From an uncultured Oligoflexia bacterium (GTDB lineage: Bacteria > Bdellovibrionota_G > CAYYBZ01), in the NCBI GenBank assembly GCA_964470285.1, contig CAYYBZ010000002.1:1-27012 (forward strand): a DNA stretch of 27,012 bases, in the 5' to 3' direction. The notes under the pieces were generated by a model, which was given only the letters and a program-made list of their open reading frames with translations, did not search any database and was not told where the DNA came from. This document shows, in pieces, positions 18,540 through 27,012 of the stretch (its first letter is position 1; every line of letters starts with the position of its first letter). Position numbers and translations under genes: made by a program.

Positions 18540-19817
18540 ATGAAAAAATTTAGAATTTTTCTAGTGGTTGGACTGCTGCTGATTATTTCCTGCGGGGGTA
18601 AAAGCACGCAAACTTCATCTCAAAACAACACTGAAGCAGCCCATCTCAGAACGATAGGTATATTCGTAATGGGTCAGAACGACATAAAACTGACCGAAAG
18701 TGTAGAACAGGTTCTTGACAGGCTTTACGGATCAAGAACTGCCAGGTTAACTCCTTCAAATCAGATAACTGAAGAATTACCGGTAAAAACACTTTATGAA
18801 GCCGGCCTTGCAGTTGCAGACGATATAATCATGATAGAAAACCCCGAAAAATCAAGTCCGGATAAAAACATAAAAGTTTCTATCTACAACACATATGAAT
18901 CTAAAATAGTTGCTCAGTTTAGCTTCCCGAAAGAAAACAATTTCAAAACCGGGCTTTCATCAGGTCTGGCGGCCAATCATCCTGATCCGAATAAATACAA
19001 AAAGGCAGATCCCAGATTAATAGCGGATCAGCTTGAAAAAAAACAGGCTTATGAAGAAGCTGTCAACGTCCTTAAAAAGATGCGCAAGGAAGACGGCACA
19101 ATGCTTTTGCAGGAAATGGACGAACAGGCGGCTTTGGATTCCAAAATTCAATCTCTTGAAAGACTCGTCAAAAAGCAGAAATGTATTGAGGCGGATAAAC
19201 TAGCTAAATACGGCTTTAAAATAGTTAAAAAAGGTATCTCAGACGAATACACAAAAAAACTGGTAGCCGCCATACGTGAAGCCGATCTAAACCGTTTCGC
19301 GGGTAAATACACGAACAAACCGGTCAAATTCAGAATTCATTACGATGCCAATTCGGAAACCGGGTCCATGTGGCTTGAAATGCGGTACTGGCCCAAATGG
19401 TATAAGCGCATTATAGCAAAGCTAAGAATTCCAAAATACATCAGCGATAAGAGAGTTATTACGTTTAAGCCTTACTTTAAACTGATGGAGAAGATAGTTC
19501 TTGTTAAGGAAAATTTTGCCAACAAGCTTCCAAAAGACAAAAAAGTTAAAATAATGAACATGGATACTTTTCTTGTTCTTACGAAACCCTGTGACGAAAC
19601 ACTCGAAATTACAGCTGCAAAAGGTACTCACGGAGGAATGCTTCACCCCTACTCAATAAAGGTTAGGGTTACGGGGTTCGGAGAGGAAACTCTCGATGCC
19701 GCAGACAAAACCATTTTTAACAAAAACGGCATGTTTGCACTTGGAACATCCAAAACAATGAGCGGCGACAGAACAATGCACGGCATTCTGTACGATTTTC
19801 TTGAGATCAAAGAGTAG
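18540..19817 (+). CDS. Hypothetical lipoprotein
   Basis: Lipoprotein signal MKKFRIFLVVGLLLIISC, SD GGAG, 425 aa. No family recognised. Confidence 0.8.
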   Translation: MKKFRIFLVVGLLLIISCGGKSTQTSSQNNTEAAHLRTIGIFVMGQNDIKLTESVEQVLDRLYGSRTARLTPSNQITEELPVKTLYEAGLAVADDIIMIENPEKSSPDKNIKVSIYNTYESKIVAQFSFPKENNFKTGLSSGLAANHPDPNKYKKADPRLIADQLEKKQAYEEAVNVLKKMRKEDGTMLLQEMDEQAALDSKIQSLERLVKKQKCIEADKLAKYGFKIVKKGISDEYTKKLVAAIREADLNRFAGKYTNKPVKFRIHYDANSETGSMWLEMRYWPKWYKRIIAKLRIPKYISDKRVITFKPYFKLMEKIVLVKENFANKLPKDKKVKIMNMDTFLVLTKPCDETLEITAAKGTHGGMLHPYSIKVRVTGFGEETLDAADKTIFNKNGMFALGTSKTMSGDRTMHGILYDFLEIKE

Positions 19818-20694
19818 GGTTAGCGTTAATATGCTTGGTTGAATACCTTAAAAACCCTACATAGCCAAGTACAACCGCATTCATCAATACAGCATAAATT
19901 ATTGCCGGCACTGCAAGCTTTTCGTTATTTAAAAGCAGCGGGCTTGCAGCTATTGTAATTGCCAGAGCAGCGTTCTGTATCCCTATTTCAATTACAATTG
20001 CTTTTCGCCTTTTACGCGAAACCTTCACCAGAAGTGCAACAATTTTTCCGGCAGCCATTGTAAGTATTAAAAGAAGAGATGTCGCGGCAAGTAAAATTCC
20101 CGCACTTTTTAGAATTACCTGATACTGTTTAAATGTAAAAATCAGAATAATCATAAGTAGCATGGGAAAGGAAATTTTTCTGATAATTACGTTTAGTTTT
20201 TCTGAATAATTCTTACTTAAATACCTTAACATCATGCCGGTTGAAACCGGAACGATAATGACAAGAATCAGCTGAACAAAAATGGAATTAAAAGGTATAA
20301 CTACTACCGCTTCTGAGGAAAGAAAATATAATGAGGAAAAACTTAATATTAACGGAATCGTTAAAACTCCGATAAAACTGGAAATTGCAGTCATGGTTAT
20401 CGAAAGAGCTATATCACCGCCTGAGAGCATTGTAAGAATATTGGAAGAAGATCCTCCCGGACAACAGGCAATCAGCACAATCCCCAGAGACATTAAAGGT
20501 TCTATTTTCAAAACAATGACCAGTCCGAAGGCAATAAGCGGAAGTAATAATGTCTGAGCAAACATGCCGGCTATTAACGCTTTCGGCCTGGCTAACACTT
20601 CTATAAAGTCTTTTCTTCTTAAATCAAGTCCCAGCCCAAACATTAAGATTATTAAAACCGGAAGAACAAAATAAATAGCTTTCATAAGGGGCAC
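19807..20694 (-). CDS. Bile acid:sodium symporter (BASS) family transporter
   Basis: MFGLGL, IACCPGGSSSN, GDIALSI.MT and IEIGIQNAALA motifs. Start is GTG 20694 or ATG 20685. Confidence 0.9.
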   Translation of the reverse strand: MPLMKAIYFVLPVLIILMFGLGLDLRRKDFIEVLARPKALIAGMFAQTLLLPLIAFGLVIVLKIEPLMSLGIVLIACCPGGSSSNILTMLSGGDIALSITMTAISSFIGVLTIPLILSFSSLYFLSSEAVVVIPFNSIFVQLILVIIVPVSTGMMLRYLSKNYSEKLNVIIRKISFPMLLMIILIFTFKQYQVILKSAGILLAATSLLLILTMAAGKIVALLVKVSRKRRKAIVIEIGIQNAALAITIAASPLLLNNEKLAVPAIIYAVLMNAVVLGYVGFLRYSTKHINANPTL

Positions 20695-20783
20695 TATTAT
20701 CCATATCCTTTAAAAAGTTGCAATACGTTAAATTTATCAAACACATTAAGACATTATGACGGTTTTACTTTTAAACGATTTAA

Positions 20784-21956
20784 ATGTATAAAATCCCTAT
20801 GAGAAGTGCAGTAATAAATCACCGGGCAATGCTTTCGGACAGAATAAGAATGAACGCCTACGGTAAAGCCATAAGGAAAACAGTAAAAAAGGGTGACGTA
20901 GTATGCGACATAGGTACTGGCAGCGGTATTTTAGCATTCCTGTGCCTTCAGGCCGGAGCAAAAAAGGTTTATGCGATTGAAAGAAACTCAATAATCAAAG
21001 AGGCTAAAAAGCTGGCCAGAATCAATAAAATCGACAAAAGAATAGTTTTTCTACACAAAGACTCATTAAACGCAAAACTCCCTGAAAAGGTTGATGTCCT
21101 TATTACTGAAACACTCGGAGTATTCGGAATTGAAGAAAACATACAAAACACACTCATAGACGCCAAAAGGAGATTTCTAAAACCAAAAGGTAAAATCATT
21201 CCTTCAAGCCTTGAACTTTTCATTTCCCCTGTGGAATGTACAAACTTCTGGGAAAAAAACTATGGGCTTTGGAAAAACAACTATTACGGAATGAACTTCT
21301 CATCAATATTCAATGAAGCAACCACAAGAAGGTTATCTTTTAACGGCAAATCCGAGGATTTAAAAATAATTTCTTCGCCTAAACCCGTCGTCTCGATAAA
21401 CTTTATTTCACTTAACAAACCAATTTTCAGTTTTTTAAAAACTTTTACGGCACAACAAAGCGCCCACCTGCACGGCTTAATAGGTTTTTTTAAAGCCCGT
21501 CTCTGTAAAGGGGTAAACATTTGTACATCCCCTTCTAGACCGCGCACTCACTGGCAACAGTCATTTTTCCCTTTGAATGACAGTTACAAAATTAAAAAGA
21601 ACGACAGCATCAGAATAAAGGTTATTTCCCTGCCCTTCGATCAGAAATTTTACTGGAATTGGAATGTACAGATAAAAAGAAATGATAAAACCGTCGCAAG
21701 ATACTCTCAAAGTGATTTTGACTTCAAATCAAACAAGAAATTTCTGCAAAAAGACGAAGACAGGCCTTCCCTTTCAATTGATGGTCGCATATCAAAACTT
21801 ATTCTGGGACAATTCGACGGACATAAGACAGTTGAAGCTATCTCCAGGAATGTTCTAAAGAAATTCCCGTCTAAATTCAAGAATATGAAAAACGCAAAGG
21901 CCTATGTAAAAACTCTTATGATCGGTAAAACAGTTAAAAGACCAAATGATCATTAA
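20784..21956 (+). CDS. Protein arginine methyltransferase-like class I SAM methyltransferase with a C-terminal PqqD/RRE-like domain
   Basis: LSD..RM.AY, motif I VCDIGTGSGIL, post-I VYAIE, double-E loop ETLGVFGIEE, THW loop RTHWQQ, tail ILGQFDGHKTVEAISRNVLKKFP. Confidence 0.8.
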   Translation: MYKIPMRSAVINHRAMLSDRIRMNAYGKAIRKTVKKGDVVCDIGTGSGILAFLCLQAGAKKVYAIERNSIIKEAKKLARINKIDKRIVFLHKDSLNAKLPEKVDVLITETLGVFGIEENIQNTLIDAKRRFLKPKGKIIPSSLELFISPVECTNFWEKNYGLWKNNYYGMNFSSIFNEATTRRLSFNGKSEDLKIISSPKPVVSINFISLNKPIFSFLKTFTAQQSAHLHGLIGFFKARLCKGVNICTSPSRPRTHWQQSFFPLNDSYKIKKNDSIRIKVISLPFDQKFYWNWNVQIKRNDKTVARYSQSDFDFKSNKKFLQKDEDRPSLSIDGRISKLILGQFDGHKTVEAISRNVLKKFPSKFKNMKNAKAYVKTLMIGKTVKRPNDH

Positions 21957-21980
21957 TTGCACTAAATAATGAAGTGATAT

Positions 21981-22061
21981 ATGACCGTTGCAGGATCGGT
22001 CGGATATCTGGCACCTGAACAAAACAAAAGAAGATTTCATAATTATGGCAATGGTTTTTAA
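21981..22061 (+). CDS. Putative 26-aa small ORF MTVAGSVGYLAPEQNKRRFHNYGNGF
   Basis: ATG at 21981 and TAA at 22059-22061. Weak SD-like GAAGTGA. It fills the intergenic gap and its first half is GC-richer than the flanks. Below the ORF-track length cutoff. Confidence 0.35.
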   Translation: MTVAGSVGYLAPEQNKRRFHNYGNGF

Positions 22062-22771
22062 TGAATGATATGATATTTTCAGACATGAAAAGATATTTAA
22101 CCTTATGTATAGTAACCCTTTTTCTTGTTTCATGCACTAACGGCAAATCCAAGGGCTCGAAAGATCTTCTTCCAAAAAAAATCGGTGATTCATGGGGTTA
22201 TGTAAATTCCAAAAATGAAACGGTTATAGAACCCTCTTTTGAAGCCGCCATGAATTTTCAGGGGGGATTGGCACCGGTAAAAATTAATAAAAAATGGGGC
22301 CTGATAAATAAAAGGGGAATCACGGTCATAAAACCCCGTTTTGACTCTATCGGGGGATTTTTCTACGGCCTATGCGTAGTAGAACTTAACAATAAATTCG
22401 GCTTTATTGATGAACAGGGAGAGGTAGTCTGCCCGATTAAATATGAAAGCGCCGGAACGTTTGAAGGCGGCCTGGCCCCGGTCAAGCTGGGCGGCAAATG
22501 GGGATATTTAAACAACCGATGCAATATGATAGTTAAACCTCAATTTGATTCTGTTACACAGTTTAAGAGCGGCATAGCAAGCGCAGCCTCGGACTCCAAA
22601 TGCGGATACATAGATAAAAACGGAATGTTTTTCATTGAGCCGCAATTCGAAAAATGCGAAGCATTCATAAACTCCCGTGCCAGGGTAATAAAAGACGGAA
22701 AGTGGATTGAAATCAGCAAAACAGGCAAACCTGTTTTCGATGAAAACCAAGCAGAGCAAGAACACAATTGA
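22061..22771 (+). CDS. WG-repeat (KWG) lipoprotein
   Basis: Repeated F..GLA.V...KWG.IN..G..VI.P.F units; lipobox LVSC. The start may be 22085 (MKRYL). Confidence 0.9.
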   Translation: MNDMIFSDMKRYLTLCIVTLFLVSCTNGKSKGSKDLLPKKIGDSWGYVNSKNETVIEPSFEAAMNFQGGLAPVKINKKWGLINKRGITVIKPRFDSIGGFFYGLCVVELNNKFGFIDEQGEVVCPIKYESAGTFEGGLAPVKLGGKWGYLNNRCNMIVKPQFDSVTQFKSGIASAASDSKCGYIDKNGMFFIEPQFEKCEAFINSRARVIKDGKWIEISKTGKPVFDENQAEQEHN

Positions 22772-22875
22772 TAAGATTGAGTTTTTTCTCAGAGTCTTTT
22801 CTTGTTAGGGTTTTCAAAAAGAGATATCATTGTAATTTGTAAATTCATATAACAATCAAATCTTTCGGAGGGGCT

Positions 22876-23883
22876 ATGAAAAAACTTCTTTATTTAATTC
22901 TTGTATTTAATATCTTTTTATTTCCTGCATGTTCGAATGACGACGATGACAACCGGATTACAAGTACGATGTTTCAGGATGCAGCTGCAGATACCGCACC
23001 GGTCTTTGAAGTTGTTGAGGGTCTTCTCAAAACCGACATTCACGGAACACTTTATGAATTTAGCTGGGGTAATGTAAATTACGAAATATTCAATTTAATG
23101 CGTGAATACGATAATGCAATTCATGAAGGAGATGTCGGAATCGACAACATGTATAAAGCCCTTTATCAGGCAGGCTCTTTTTTTCAAGGGGCGGTTAGTC
23201 AATGCACATCAATAACGGAGAGCTCAATAACTCCTCCTTTCAATTTCGGAAACACGTACACTTACAACTGTGCCGGCAATAATGAAACTGAAGAGCACGG
23301 TTTTGCCGTTAAGCAGACAACAGATGAGGTAACAGGCATTATAGGATGGCGCGTTTATAATTATGACGGGGCCGGATCAGATGAAAAGGGAGTACTTGAA
23401 GGTTATTACAATTCGGCAACCGGTGAGATCAGCCTCGACCTTACAGCTTATGTATACTACGCTACAACCGATGATTACTCAATGAGAATAGAACTTGAAG
23501 GTAATGAGCTTACTCATGAATTTACAATAAGGCTTTATAAATACACCGGCGGCGGATATAGCATTTCAATAATAGGAAATGGGATTTCTCAGGGCACAGG
23601 CAACTATTTCCTTTTTAAAATTCAGGATACCAATGCTCTTTCTACTCCCAAATATTTCTGCTATGAAGCAAGCGATGTCAATCAGGAATTTCTCCAGACA
23701 AAAGCTGAAGAAGACTATACAGGAGAAGACTCTGCATCTGTACCCGCTGAATGTTCAACCTACAAAACCGTTGTAGATGCCATGACCTTTTTTGAAGTAT
23801 CCGATGTTCCGGTAGAGGCCTCGGATTTCAACACAGGCATAACGGATTATGAAGGCACAATTTATTTAAGCGGCATAGAATAA
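22876..23883 (+). CDS. Hypothetical acidic lipoprotein
   Basis: SD GGAGG, signal MKKLLYLILVFNIFLFPAC, beta-rich acidic body. No family recognised. Confidence 0.8.
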   Translation: MKKLLYLILVFNIFLFPACSNDDDDNRITSTMFQDAAADTAPVFEVVEGLLKTDIHGTLYEFSWGNVNYEIFNLMREYDNAIHEGDVGIDNMYKALYQAGSFFQGAVSQCTSITESSITPPFNFGNTYTYNCAGNNETEEHGFAVKQTTDEVTGIIGWRVYNYDGAGSDEKGVLEGYYNSATGEISLDLTAYVYYATTDDYSMRIELEGNELTHEFTIRLYKYTGGGYSISIIGNGISQGTGNYFLFKIQDTNALSTPKYFCYEASDVNQEFLQTKAEEDYTGEDSASVPAECSTYKTVVDAMTFFEVSDVPVEASDFNTGITDYEGTIYLSGIE

Positions 23884-23892
23884 TTCTATTTA

Positions 23893-23934
23893 AGGGGAGC
23901 GGAAACAACAACACGCTTTCGCTCCCTTTCATTT
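23893..23934 (+). terminator. Possible intrinsic terminator/hairpin
   Basis: GGGAGCG...CGCTCCC stem followed by TTTCATTT. Confidence 0.45.
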
Positions 23935-23941
23935 AAAAATT

Positions 23942-24928
23942 ATGTTCTCCAAACAAACTGTCAAATTTTATCTAACCCGAATCCTTTTGGTAATCCTCCT
24001 TTCCTCATGCAAATTCGGAAGCAGAGACCATCTATACCCTATAATAGAAAATGAAAAAGTGGGTTTCATAAACAGATACGGCCAAGTACTGATTAAACCA
24101 AAATTTGACAGTGCATGGTTCTTCAAGGAAGACTTTTCAAGAATAAAAAGAGGCGAGAAATACGGCTACATTAACAAAAGGGGGAAAGTTGTTATTAAAG
24201 CCGTATTCGACGGTGTAAGAGACTTTTCTTCAGGTGTGGCAGCAGTCAAACTTGATGATAAATGGGGATACATCGATACTGAGGGCAAGATAGTCATCAA
24301 ACCCGAATATAACTACGCATGGGACTTCATATCAAAGCGTGCAAAAGTAAGGACAGGCAAAAAATATTCCTATATCGATCTGAAAGGACGCAAAATAACC
24401 GATGAAAAGTTTGACTGGTGTGACGATTTCTCTGAAAAAATGGCCCAGGTAAAAATAGGCCACTTATGGGGATATATTAACACAGCGGGCGTTATGCAAA
24501 TAAAACCGCAGTATTCCTGGAACGGGCCCTTCAGTGAAGGTTTGGCACCGGTTGAAAAGGACGGGAAATGGGGATTCATAGATAAGAACAATCATTTTGT
24601 AATTGAGCCTAAATATTACTGGGCAAATTCATTCTCAGAAGGATTGGCTCATGTATATAACAATAAATCATGGGGAAGCATCGATAAGAAGGGAAATGTA
24701 ATAGTAGATTTCAAATTCGAAAAGATCCTTGATTTTTCCCACGGTTTTGCCGCTTTTAAAGTCGATGAAGTCTGGGGATATCTCAATAAGCGCGGTCAAA
24801 TAGCCATAAACCCCGAATTCGAGGAAGCTGAGCCCTTCATGGGAGACCTTGCTCCCGTGCAAGACGACGATAATCTTATTTATATTAACAAAAAAGGAAA
24901 AAAGATCTGGGCAGCTTCCAAAAAATGA
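23942..24928 (+). CDS. WG-repeat (KWG) lipoprotein
   Basis: About 8 repeats of the F.EGLA.V..DGKWG.ID..G..VI.P type; lipobox LSSC. Confidence 0.9.
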   Translation: MFSKQTVKFYLTRILLVILLSSCKFGSRDHLYPIIENEKVGFINRYGQVLIKPKFDSAWFFKEDFSRIKRGEKYGYINKRGKVVIKAVFDGVRDFSSGVAAVKLDDKWGYIDTEGKIVIKPEYNYAWDFISKRAKVRTGKKYSYIDLKGRKITDEKFDWCDDFSEKMAQVKIGHLWGYINTAGVMQIKPQYSWNGPFSEGLAPVEKDGKWGFIDKNNHFVIEPKYYWANSFSEGLAHVYNNKSWGSIDKKGNVIVDFKFEKILDFSHGFAAFKVDEVWGYLNKRGQIAINPEFEEAEPFMGDLAPVQDDDNLIYINKKGKKIWAASKK

Positions 24929-25839
24929 AAATTCTAATAACCGGGACAGACGGATTCATAGGCTCTCACCTCAAGGATTATTTTTCAAATACTCATGAAG
25001 TAACCGGAACAGTATTTTTTCGTGCTCCCGGCTCCGACGAAATAAATTTTAATATAGAATCCCAAAGCGATTTTAAAAACCTTCCTGTAAATCCGGATAT
25101 AGTGATTCACACTGCCGGGCTGGTTGAGCAAACTTTACCGCGCAAAAAGCTGTTTTCTGTTAATGCACAAGGAACTAGAAACCTTGTTTTGTGGTCAGAA
25201 AAGAACTCATCTCATTTCATCTTTACTAGCTCAATAACTGTGTACGGAGCAAAGCTTTTAGGAATCAACAGATCTGAAAAAGATACAAAAAGATCATGCT
25301 CGACATTGTTCTTACCTTACGGCCATTCAAAAGTGTTGGCCGAAGAATTCATAGAGAAAAGCTCAAAGAGTTATACTATTTTGCGGTTACCTGCAGTTTT
25401 CGGAGAAAATGATTCTTATCTTTCTGCGGCAATAATTCCCGGTCTTTTAAACGGGACTTTTTCATTTTTTGGAAAGAAAGACAGGCTTTACTCTACCATG
25501 TACGTAAAAAACCTGGGTCCTATAATTGAATCGATTATAGAGAAAGGTCCTTTTAACAGGGCGTTTAATTGCTGCGATTATCATATTACGTGGAAAGAAT
25601 TCATATCCGAATTTGCCAAATCCTTAGACGTAAAAATGCCGGATAAAAGACAAAGTCTTTTAAACGCCTTACCTCGCATCAGAGATAAAAGATACATGCT
25701 AATGGTATTGTTTTCTTACTTCGGTGCTCATTACCCAAACAGCGAACTTTTTAAAAGTATAGGCTTTAAACCCCGGCTACCTTGGCAACAGGGAGTAAAA
25801 GAAGCCTGTAAAAAGTATCTGCATCATTTGCCATCTTGA
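24925..25839 (+). CDS. NAD-dependent epimerase/dehydratase (extended SDR)
   Basis: MKILITGTDGFIGS Rossmann motif, FTSSITVYG, YGHSK (YxxxK). ATGA overlap with the upstream gene. Confidence 0.85.
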   Translation: MKILITGTDGFIGSHLKDYFSNTHEVTGTVFFRAPGSDEINFNIESQSDFKNLPVNPDIVIHTAGLVEQTLPRKKLFSVNAQGTRNLVLWSEKNSSHFIFTSSITVYGAKLLGINRSEKDTKRSCSTLFLPYGHSKVLAEEFIEKSSKSYTILRLPAVFGENDSYLSAAIIPGLLNGTFSFFGKKDRLYSTMYVKNLGPIIESIIEKGPFNRAFNCCDYHITWKEFISEFAKSLDVKMPDKRQSLLNALPRIRDKRYMLMVLFSYFGAHYPNSELFKSIGFKPRLPWQQGVKEACKKYLHHLPS

Positions 25840-25863
25840 CAAAAGACAGGGTTTTGCTACTAC
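25836..25863 (+). promoter_or_regulatory. Possible sigma70 promoter for menG-menA
   Basis: Perfect TTGACA at 25836-25841, with an imperfect extended -10 TGcTACTAC at a 16-nt spacer. Confidence 0.35.
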
Positions 25864-25875
25864 TCATTATCCCTT

Positions 25876-26577
25876 ATGGAACCATTAACTAAAGATGATA
25901 TAAGAAAAATCTTTGATAGAATCAATCCGCGCTATGATCTGCTCAACCATGTCTTGTCAGCCGGGCAGGATATTCTATGGCGCAAATTTACGGCAAAAAG
26001 AATTGAAAAGAATTCGGCTAACATTCTTGATATAGCAACAGGCACGGGAGATATGGCCCTTGAGATAGCAAGGAAACTTCCCCACAGCACTATTTTGGGA
26101 CTTGATTTCTCTGATGAAATGCTAAAACTTGGAAAAGATAAAATCTTAAGGAAAAACCGATCTGAAAGAATCCGACTTCTATCGGGAGATTCAATGAAAC
26201 TACCCTTCCCAAACGGATATTTTGACGCTGTTACAGCAGCCTTCGGATTTAGAAACCTACCTGACAAACCTGCCGGACTTGAAGAGATGAAAAGGGTTCT
26301 CAGAAAAGGGGGAAAGTTGCTTATTCTGGAGATGACACTGCCTAAGGGCGGAATAAGAGGTCGATTTTTTAAATGGTATTTGAAAAAGGTCATCCCGGCA
26401 CTCGGAGGTTTTATCTCTGGCAATAAAGATGCCTATGAATATCTTGGTAACTCCATTGAGGGATTTTTAAGACCGGATGAGCTGACAGGTTATTTAAGCA
26501 AAGCCGGATTTGAGAAGATAAAAACATTTCCCCTTTCCATGGGAATAACCTGTCTGCATGAAGGAGTTGTAAACTGA
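25876..26577 (+). CDS. menG: Demethylmenaquinone methyltransferase (MenG/UbiE)
   Basis: IFDRINPRYDLLNHVLSAGQDILWR, LDIATGTGD, AFGFRN, AYEYL..SI..F. Confidence 0.93.
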   Translation: MEPLTKDDIRKIFDRINPRYDLLNHVLSAGQDILWRKFTAKRIEKNSANILDIATGTGDMALEIARKLPHSTILGLDFSDEMLKLGKDKILRKNRSERIRLLSGDSMKLPFPNGYFDAVTAAFGFRNLPDKPAGLEEMKRVLRKGGKLLILEMTLPKGGIRGRFFKWYLKKVIPALGGFISGNKDAYEYLGNSIEGFLRPDELTGYLSKAGFEKIKTFPLSMGITCLHEGVVN

Positions 26578-27012
26578 ATAAATCTAAGCTTAAAGCCTGG
26601 TACAAAGCCTCCAGACCCCCCTTCTTCGTGGCCACCTTAATACCTCTGATTTTAGGAGCCGTAATTGCCTTAAAGGAAGATTCTTTTAACCCGCCTCTTT
26701 GGATTCTAATTTTGATGGCCTCTTTCTTTGTACATCTGAACGCGAACCTCGTTAACGATTATTTTGAATACTCATCCGGTGCCGATGACGGCCCTTCACT
26801 GGGGGGAACAAAGGTTTTACAGTCTGGCCTTTTAACATTCAAAGAAATGAGAAGGGCAATCATAACCCTTTATACTTTAGCATTCCTGATAGGCCTTACG
26901 ATTGTGTGCATTTCTGAGCTCTGGTGGCTTCTGGCCGTAATGGCTTTTTCGGGCCTTTCGAGCCTGTTTTACACGGCAAAACCGATCAGATACGGTTATC
27001 ACGGACTGGGAG
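26574..27012 (+). CDS. menA: 1,4-dihydroxy-2-naphthoate prenyltransferase (MenA/UbiA family), 5' part, runs off the window end
   Basis: Manual translation: (M)NKSKLKAWYKASRPPFFVATLIP...NANLVNDYFEYSSGAD...FYTAKPIRYGYHGLG. The only plausible start before the conserved RP motif is CTG at 26574, 7 nt after AAGGAG. Absent from the ORF track because no stop lies in the window. Confidence 0.88.
   Translation, partial: MNKSKLKAWYKASRPPFFVATLIPLILGAVIALKEDSFNPPLWILILMASFFVHLNANLVNDYFEYSSGADDGPSLGGTKVLQSGLLTFKEMRRAIITLYTLAFLIGLTIVCISELWWLLAVMAFSGLSSLFYTAKPIRYGYHGLG

Noticed and set aside
20757-20792. 11-aa ORF MTVLLLNDLNV upstream of the PRMT gene as an alternative precursor
   Set aside because: Too short, no SD, no Arg, and expected by chance in AT-rich DNA.
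20784-21956. Annotation as prmA (ribosomal protein L11 methyltransferase)
   Set aside because: It lacks the PrmA N-terminal domain and FGTG.H motif, and carries the PRMT-specific double-E and THW loops.
22100-24900. Nucleotide-level repeats such as AAATGGGG in the WG genes
   Set aside because: Fully explained by the protein KWG repeats.
25932-26635. 163-aa and 74-aa minus-strand ORFs
   Set aside because: Antisense shadows of menG/menA.

Overview
Bacterial chromosomal window, moderately AT-rich, standard genetic code (TGA is a stop in tig, clpP and clpX). The Lon/ClpX style, a sigma54-type pil promoter and Cys-rich pilins suggest a deltaproteobacterial-type organism (inference). In order: a cobalamin riboswitch upstream of a surface protein with FN3 and a BtuH-like candidate B12-binding domain; a small membrane protein; a degenerate 6-phosphogluconolactonase; a hypothetical gene; tRNA-Leu with tig-clpP-clpX-lon; an outer-membrane beta-barrel; tRNA-Val and tRNA-Asp with unusual inverted repeats and repeated T-loop copies; an AT-rich wHTH + nucleotidyltransferase (type IV TA-like) pair and a long two-domain ThyX; a PilX-like/PilW-like minor pilin pair; an SSS symporter; a disrupted lipoprotein gene; a lipoprotein; a BASS transporter; a eukaryote-type protein arginine methyltransferase with a PqqD/RRE-like tail followed by an unannotated 26-aa ORF; WG-repeat and other lipoproteins; an SDR epimerase; menG; and a menA, absent from the ORF track, that apparently starts at CTG and runs off the window. 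Best candidates for new biology: (1) the PRMT-RRE plus small peptide as a possible minimal RiPP-like system, (2) the B12-riboswitch-controlled surface protein, and (3) the tRNA-Val/Asp locus with T-arm sense/antisense copies and an adjacent nucleotidyltransferase module. No database searches or folding could be run, so all family calls rest on motif recognition.
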